NCBI GenBank assembly: GCA_965240325.2 | Contig: OZ251238.1 | Span: 806,001 to 870,000, forward strand | Direction: 5' to 3' | Length of the DNA stretch: 64,000 nucleotides | Source of the DNA: Rebecca billardiae RCC1528 | Taxonomy: Eukaryota; Protista; Haptophyta | In this document: positions 58,401-64,000 of the stretch, in pieces | Layout of the letters: the number at the start of each line of letters is the position of its first letter | Position numbering within the stretch: position 1 is the stretch's first letter | The notes under the pieces: generated by a model | What the model was told of the DNA's origin: nothing | What the model saw: only the letters and a program-made list of their open reading frames with translations | Database searches by the model: none | Position numbers and translations under genes: made by a program

Positions 58401-61335
58401 GCGTCTCGGCTCTCGTTCGAGGCGGTGGCCGACCAGGGCGACGGCACCACCAAGCTCGTGATCAAGCTGACGACCGAAGAGTCTTCCGGCGAGTCGAAGG
58501 TGGACCCGACAGCTCAACTCACGCCCAACAACGGGCCGGGCACACCGTCTTCGCTCGCCGACCTGTCCGCCAAGCTGGGCGTGCCGGTGGCGGAGCCGCC
58601 GTACAACCACGTGCCGCCCTCGCCGCCGCCGGCACCGCCCTCGCCACCCGCGTCGCCACCGTCGCCCTCGCCGCCGCCCGACCTGGAGCTGTACGACTTC
58701 GCCTCTGTGATTGTCAACACGACGGAGGCTGCGTTCAGCGAGCTCTCGATCGACTTCCTTGCAGAGGTCGCCGCGGCGCTCGGCGTCGATCCAGAGCGGC
58801 TTGCCGTACACGCCGTCGAGGGGCTGAGCGACACGACGACGCGCGTCGTCATCCGCATTCGCAAGGACCCGTCAGTCGGCGAGGCGCCCGTGGATCTCGT
58901 CGAGCTGCTCTCGCGCGTGCCGCCGCCGCCGCTGCTCTCGCCGCTCGAGCAGCTCAGCGACCGGCTGGGCGTGCCGTTGGTCGAGGTGCCGAAGGCCTTC
59001 GAGCCACCGTCTTCACCACCCTCGACGCCGCCCACGCCGCCGCCTCCGTCGCCGCCGCCCGACCTCACCAGGGAGGACTACGTCGACCTCAAGCTCAACC
59101 TGACCGGCCTGGACGTGGACGCGGTGACGGCGCAGCTGCTGACGACGATCGCGGCGCAGGCCGAGATCGACGTGTCGCGGCTCTCGATCGAGAGGATCGA
59201 GTACCTGCCGGGCGGGGTTGCGAAGGTAGTCGTCAAGTCGACGGCCGACGCGGCCGCCGGCGAGACGCTCACCGACCTCAGAGCCCTTCTCAAGCCCGCG
59301 CCGCCCGTGCAGGCGCCGCTGGCGGCGCTGAGCGAGAAGGTGGGCTACACGCTCGTGAGCGCGCACAGGCACACGCCCCCGTCCCCACCGCCGGCGCCAC
59401 CGACGCCGCCATCGCCGCCGGCGCCGCCTCCCGACCTGGACTCTGAGGAGTACCTGGGCCTGCACCTCGATGTGCCAGTCGATCAGCTGATGAGCTCAGC
59501 CAACACCACGACGCTGCTCACCGCGCTCGCGGCCGAGCTGGGCGTCGACGTGTCTCGGCTCTCGTTCGAGGCGGTGATGGACCTCGGCGACGGCACCACC
59601 AAGCTCGTGATCAAGCTGACGACCGAAGAGTCTTCCGGCGAGTCGAAGGTGGACCCGACATCTCAGCTCACACCCAACAATGGGCCGGGCACACCGACAT
59701 CGCTCGAGGAGCTCTCGGAGAGGCTGGGCGTGCCGTTGGTCGACGAGCCGTACAACCACGTGCCGCCGTCGCCGCCGCCCACGCCGCCGTCACCGCCGCC
59801 CGCGCCGCCCTCGCCACCCTCGCCGCCCTCGCCGCCCTCGCCGCCGCCCGACCACGCCAACGAGGAGTACGTGGCGCTCACGCTGGACCTGTCGCCAGAG
59901 CAGACCGAGGCCGTGCAGGAGGCGCTGCTGGCCTCGCTCGCGGCCGAGCTGGGCGTCGACGTGTCTCGGCTCTCGTTCGAGGTGGGGATCGACCAGGGCG
60001 ACGGCACGACCAAGCTCGTGGTCAAGCTGACGACCGAAGAGTCTTCCGGCGAGTCGAAGGTGGACCCGACAGCTCAACTCACGCCCAACAATGGGCCGGG
60101 CACACCGTCGTCCCTCGCCGACCTGTCCGCCAAGCTGGGCGTGCCGGTGTCCGAGCCGCCGTACAACCACGTGCCGCCCTCGCCACCGCCGGCACCGCCC
60201 TCGCCACCCTCGCCACCCTCGCCGCCCTCGCCGCCGCCCGACCACGCCAGCGAGGAGTACGTGGCTCTTACGCTGAATCTGACGCTCGTGCAGCTCGACG
60301 CCGCGCGCGAGTCCCTGCTCGGCGCCCTCGCTGGCGAGCTGGGCGTCGACGCGTCTCGGCTCTCGTTCGAGTCGGTGGCCGACCAGGGCGACGGCACGAC
60401 CCAGCTCGTCATCAAGCTGAAGACCGACGAGTCTTCCGGCGAGTCGAAGGTGGACCCGACAGCTCAACTCACGCCCAACAATGGGCCGGGCACACCGTCG
60501 TCCCTCGCCGATCTCTCGGAGAGGCTCGGCGTGCCGGTGTCGGAGCCGCCGTACAACCACGTGCCGCCCTCGCCACCGCCCGCACCGCCGTCGCCACCCG
60601 CGTCGCCCCCGTCACCCTCGCCGCCGCCCAACCTCGAGCTGTACGACTACGTCGCGGTGATTGTCAACTCGACCGAGGCTGCGTTCAGCGAGCTCTCGAT
60701 CGACTTCATCGCGGAGGTCGCCAGGACACTCGGCGTCGACCCTGACCGGATATCCGTGGACACCGTCGAGGGGCTGAGCGACACGGCCACGCGCGTCGTC
60801 ATCCGCGTCCGCAACGATCCGTCGGCCAGCGACGATCCCATCGACGCAGTGGGCACGCTGATGCAGGAGCCGCCGGCGCAGCTCTCCGCGTTGGCCTGGC
60901 TCAGCGCCACCCTCGGCGTCCCGGTGCTCGAGGTGCCGACCGCGTTCGAGCCGCCCTCGCCGCCGCCCTCGCCGCCATCGCCGCCGTCGCCGCCGCCCAA
61001 CCTGGGCGAGGAGGAGTACGTGGCGCTCGCCATCAACCTCACGATCGCCGAGTTTGACGGCCTGCGCACGGAGCTCCTGCTGACCCGCATCGCGGAGCGG
61101 CTCGGCATCGACCGCGAGCGCGAGTCCATCGAGCTCGTCGTCGAGCGCACCGAGGACGGCATCCTCGTGGTCGTCAAGATCCGCGTGCGCGAGGGCGAGG
61201 ACTTTGCGGACCCGGTCGGGCGGCTCACGCCGCTCAACGGGCCGGACGCGCCGCGCTCGCTCGAGGAGCTCTCCGAGTGGCTGGGCGTGCCCGTGCTCGC
61301 GATCTTCTCGCACGTGCCGCCCTCGCCGCCGCCCG

Positions 61336-61394
<59 letters not shown>

Positions 61395-63470
61395 TACCTG
61401 ATGGTGGAGGACTACCTGGCGCTCACGCTCGCGCTCACGCCCGAGCAGCTGGGCGCGGCGGAGGGCGCGCTGCTCGCCTCGATCGCGGCGCAGCTCGGCG
61501 TGGACGTGTCGCGGCTCTCGGTCGAGCTGGTCAGCCCACTGGGCGACGGCACGACCAAGTTCGTCGTCAAGCTCTCCACCGACCTGTTCGCAGGCGAGAC
61601 CCCCATCGATTTCTCGGCGCGCATCATGGCGCCCGCGGCGCGCGTCAGTGCGGGTGGCGGCGCCGGCAGCGACGGCGCCGGCTGCGGCAACTCCACCAAC
61701 TCGACGAACCAGACCAACGGCACGGGCATCAACTGCACCAGCAGCACCGAGCCATCCGCCCAGTCGCTCCTCGAGGGGCTGAGCGCGCTGCTGAGCGTGC
61801 CAGTCGCAGCGCTGCCGTACAACCACGTGCCGCCGTCGCCGCCGCCCGCGCCGCCCGCGCCGCCGCCAGACCAATCGACCGAGGAGTACATCGCGCTGGA
61901 GGTGGACCTGCCGTGGTACGCGGTCGCGGAGGGCTCGAGCGCGCTGCTCGCCGCGATGGCCGCGTGCCTCGGCGCCTCGCCCGAGCGCTTCTCGCTCGAG
62001 CTCACGCAGGAGCTCGGCACGAGCCGGACCAAGGTTGTGGTGAAACTTACGACGAACTTTGGCGCCGGCGAGGCGCCCGTGAACCCGACGGCGCGGCTCA
62101 CGCCAAACAATGGGCCGGGCACGCCGGTTTCGCTCGACGCGGTGTCGGACTGCCTAGGCGTGCCCGTCGTCGCCGACCCGTACAACCACGTGCCGCCGGC
62201 GCCGCCGCCGTCGCCACCGCCGCCGCCGATCACGCCGCGCAGCCCGCCCGCCGCGCCGCCGCAGCCGCCGCCGAGCGAGAGCGACCCCAACCTGCTGCTC
62301 GACCCGCAGGTGGCGCCCGGGGCGGGCGTCTTCAGGCCCAACGACGACCTCAACGTCGGTGGCGAGAGCACGGCGGGCACGAACAACGTGATCGACATCC
62401 GCGACCTGTGGGACGTCATCCGGGAGGCCCTGGCCGACCCGCGCACGGGCGCGTGGACGCTCGGCGGGATCGTCTTCGGCGGCATCTTTGTGATCGGCCT
62501 CATCGCCGGCGGTGTGTGGTACATCGTCACGCGCCGCCGGCGCAAGCGCGAGAGCACTTTCAGGGAGCTCTTCATCCCCGCGTTCGGCCTGGGCGGCTTT
62601 CGCCTGCAGATTCGCCCACTCCTCGCCGCCAAGCCACTTGCCGTGGTTCCCCCGCCGCCGGCGGCGCCGCCCGTTCAGGTGGAGCGGCCGACCACCGACT
62701 ACTCGTGGAGCTTCCTGCCCGGAGGGTCGAAGAAGCGCCCCGGGAGGCGCCCAAGCCTCGGCGATCCCAACGACCTGCGCGACGTGCCCGTCTCGGCGAG
62801 CGGGATGCCCGTCGTGCTCGTGCAAAGCCCGCCGCAGCACTCGCGCCGGAGCTTCGGCGGCGGCGTCCGGCTGACGCCGCTGCCGAGCCCTGTCGGGAGG
62901 ACCCCGAGCCTCGGCGGCAACCGGCCGACCAAGCTCCCCGCCACCCTGGACGATGACGTGTCCAGCCCGACGACCACGCCCGCCATCCAGAGCCGACGCC
63001 CGGGCGCGCTCCCCTTGACGCTCAGCCCCGACACGTCGCCGCAGGCCGCCGCGAGGCGCAGGCCCCCGCCGCCCGCCAGCCAGGAGGGTGTAGCCTCGAC
63101 CACGTTCCGTACGCGCCTGTCGTTCCTGCCGGCCTCGCCCCCCAAGATCCCCCGGCGCAGCTTGGACCGCAAAGACACGGGCGGGCGTCGCATCCTGCAT
63201 CAACCGGGTGGCAAGATCACGATCGGCCAGCTCGATAAGCCGCTCCGGCCGCCGTCCGACTCGGGCGCATCCGACTCGCTCGTGAGCTCGAGAATGGGAC
63301 CTCAGCCTCCGGATCCCGGCAAGGGCAACGCCACGCCCACGAACAAGCCGCCCTGGCGGCCGCCGCCGCCGCCGCCGTCCGATTCGAGCTCATCCGGCTC
63401 GCACGTGAGCTCCAGAACGGTGCCTCTGCCTCGGGATTCAGGCAAGGGCAACAACCCGCCGCCCAAGTAA
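32932..63470 (+). CDS. Giant ~9,660-aa single-pass surface protein: 3x RCC1-type propeller, (SP3-4)n rod, 46 SEA-like modules, TM, cytoplasmic tail (13 exons)
   Basis: Exons 32932-34193, 34357-34502, 34627-34860, 34984-35346, 35456-36338, 36501-36646, 36771-37004, 37128-37490, 37600-38494, 38648-38793, 38918-39151, 39275-39637, 39748-63470. All 12 introns are GTGCG...CAG. Splicing keeps frame (28,992 nt = 9,663 aa + stop) and rebuilds the RCC1 motifs LKC|WG, ANH|TC, LKC|WG and VRC|FG. The 5' end is uncertain. Confidence 0.82.
33480..39900 (+). repeat. Three near-identical tandem copies of a ~2.15-kb exon+intron cassette, each encoding one 7-bladed RCC1/BLIP-II-like propeller plus a Pro linker
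   Basis: Equivalent donors at 34194, 36339 and 38495. Introns per copy are 163/124/123/109, 162/124/123/109 and 153/124/123/110 nt. Each copy has seven (H/T/G)xC...C(W/F)G...G(R/Q)(L/T)G.(G/E)D...RG....(M/L)GD.LP.(V/I).LG blades. Confidence 0.9.
39852..44321 (+). repeat. ~1,490-codon extensin/HRGP-like Ser-Pro3/Ser-Pro4 rod
   Basis: Near-continuous AGC/TCG-CCG-CCG-CCG units. SPPP and SPPPP are mixed up to ~42880, followed by ~100 uninterrupted SPPP units (~42882-44093). Confidence 0.95.
44322..62192 (+). repeat. Array of 46 ~105-aa SEA-like modules (10 A, 26 B/B', 10 C) joined by PPSPP linkers; 1,536-bp super-repeat in the centre
   Basis: A = DYVEL.LNLT...RLSIERIEP; B = EEYLAL...RLSFE..DQGDGTT.LVIKL...TPNNGPGTP; C = LELYD/EF...EGLSDTATRVVI.IRNDP. 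Equivalent positions 47813, 49349, 50885, 52421 and 53957 are exactly 1,536 bp apart. Confidence 0.9.
62451..62549 (+). other. Single transmembrane helix with GxxxG motifs followed by a basic stop-transfer cluster
   Basis: AWTLGGIVFGGIFVIGLIAGGVWYIV-TRRRRKR. Confidence 0.85.
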
Positions 63471-64000
63471 CCAGCCGTCGCCGCCGCCATCGCCGTCCGT
63501 CGCAACCGAGTCCGAGTCCGACCGTCCCCGGACAGCCGCGGACAGGCAGAAGTGACGACGCATCCGAACTCGATCAAGGCAGGGTCAGGGCCCGCGGCCC
63601 CGCAACTCCTGCGCGGCGCCGTTCCGGCGGTTCTTTCCACTTCCAGCACGGGCGGCTCAGCACCTGTTTGCACACATCATGTCCATGGTGATGGTGCCCC
63701 CGGACCGTGATGCCCATGGCCACTACGGGCTGCCATATGAGTCATCATCCGTCCATGTCATCAGTCAGCTTGAGCACAGCATGCATCCGCGCCATCATCG
63801 TACGTCCGATCGCGGACGCAGAGTGTGATATGACTGATGAATCGCCGCGATGCCCGATGATCTGATTCTGATGAGTAACACCCGTAGTTCAGAAAAAACG
63901 CCAGTCTGCGGCGGAGCGCAGTCAGACGACGCTCGGAGTCGGAGTACCCAGGGTAAGTTACTTGCCCCCTGGCCGTACTCGTCCGTGCCCAGGGGTGCAA

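Noticed and set aside
63942-63980. Imperfect hairpin GAGTAC...GTACTC at the window end
   Set aside because: Short and imperfect; it may belong to an element extending beyond the window and cannot be evaluated here.

Overview
Eukaryotic, extremely GC-rich nuclear DNA with short GT(GCG)...CAG spliceosomal introns and Ala/Gly-inflated proteins. This is consistent with a haptophyte-type alga such as Pavlovales, but that is inference only. Left to right: (1) a ~1.9-kb non-autonomous DNA transposon defined by 13-bp TIRs and a 7-bp target-site duplication (462-2357); (2) a secreted alpha/beta-hydrolase-like gene (-); (3) a SNF1/MARK-type kinase with a C-terminal kinase+UBA module (-); (4) head-to-head with it, a ~7,000-aa VPS13 lipid-bridge gene (+) that carries two GRAM domains inside its VAB region and is split by one apparent 1-bp frameshift; (5) an AT-richer spacer with a 23-bp minisatellite and an orphan ~1,200-aa ORF with two internal repeat families; (6) the highlight, a single 13-exon, ~30.5-kb gene (32932-63470). 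I reconstructed it by hand into a ~9,660-aa single-pass surface protein: an N-terminal Cys-containing domain, three tandem 7-bladed RCC1/BLIP-II propellers (a triplicated exon+intron cassette), a ~1,490-aa (Ser-Pro3/4)n rod, 46 SEA-like modules in A-B-B(-B)-C super-repeats, a GxxxG TM helix and a ~310-aa tail. Most other ORFs in the six-frame track are GC-shadow frames.
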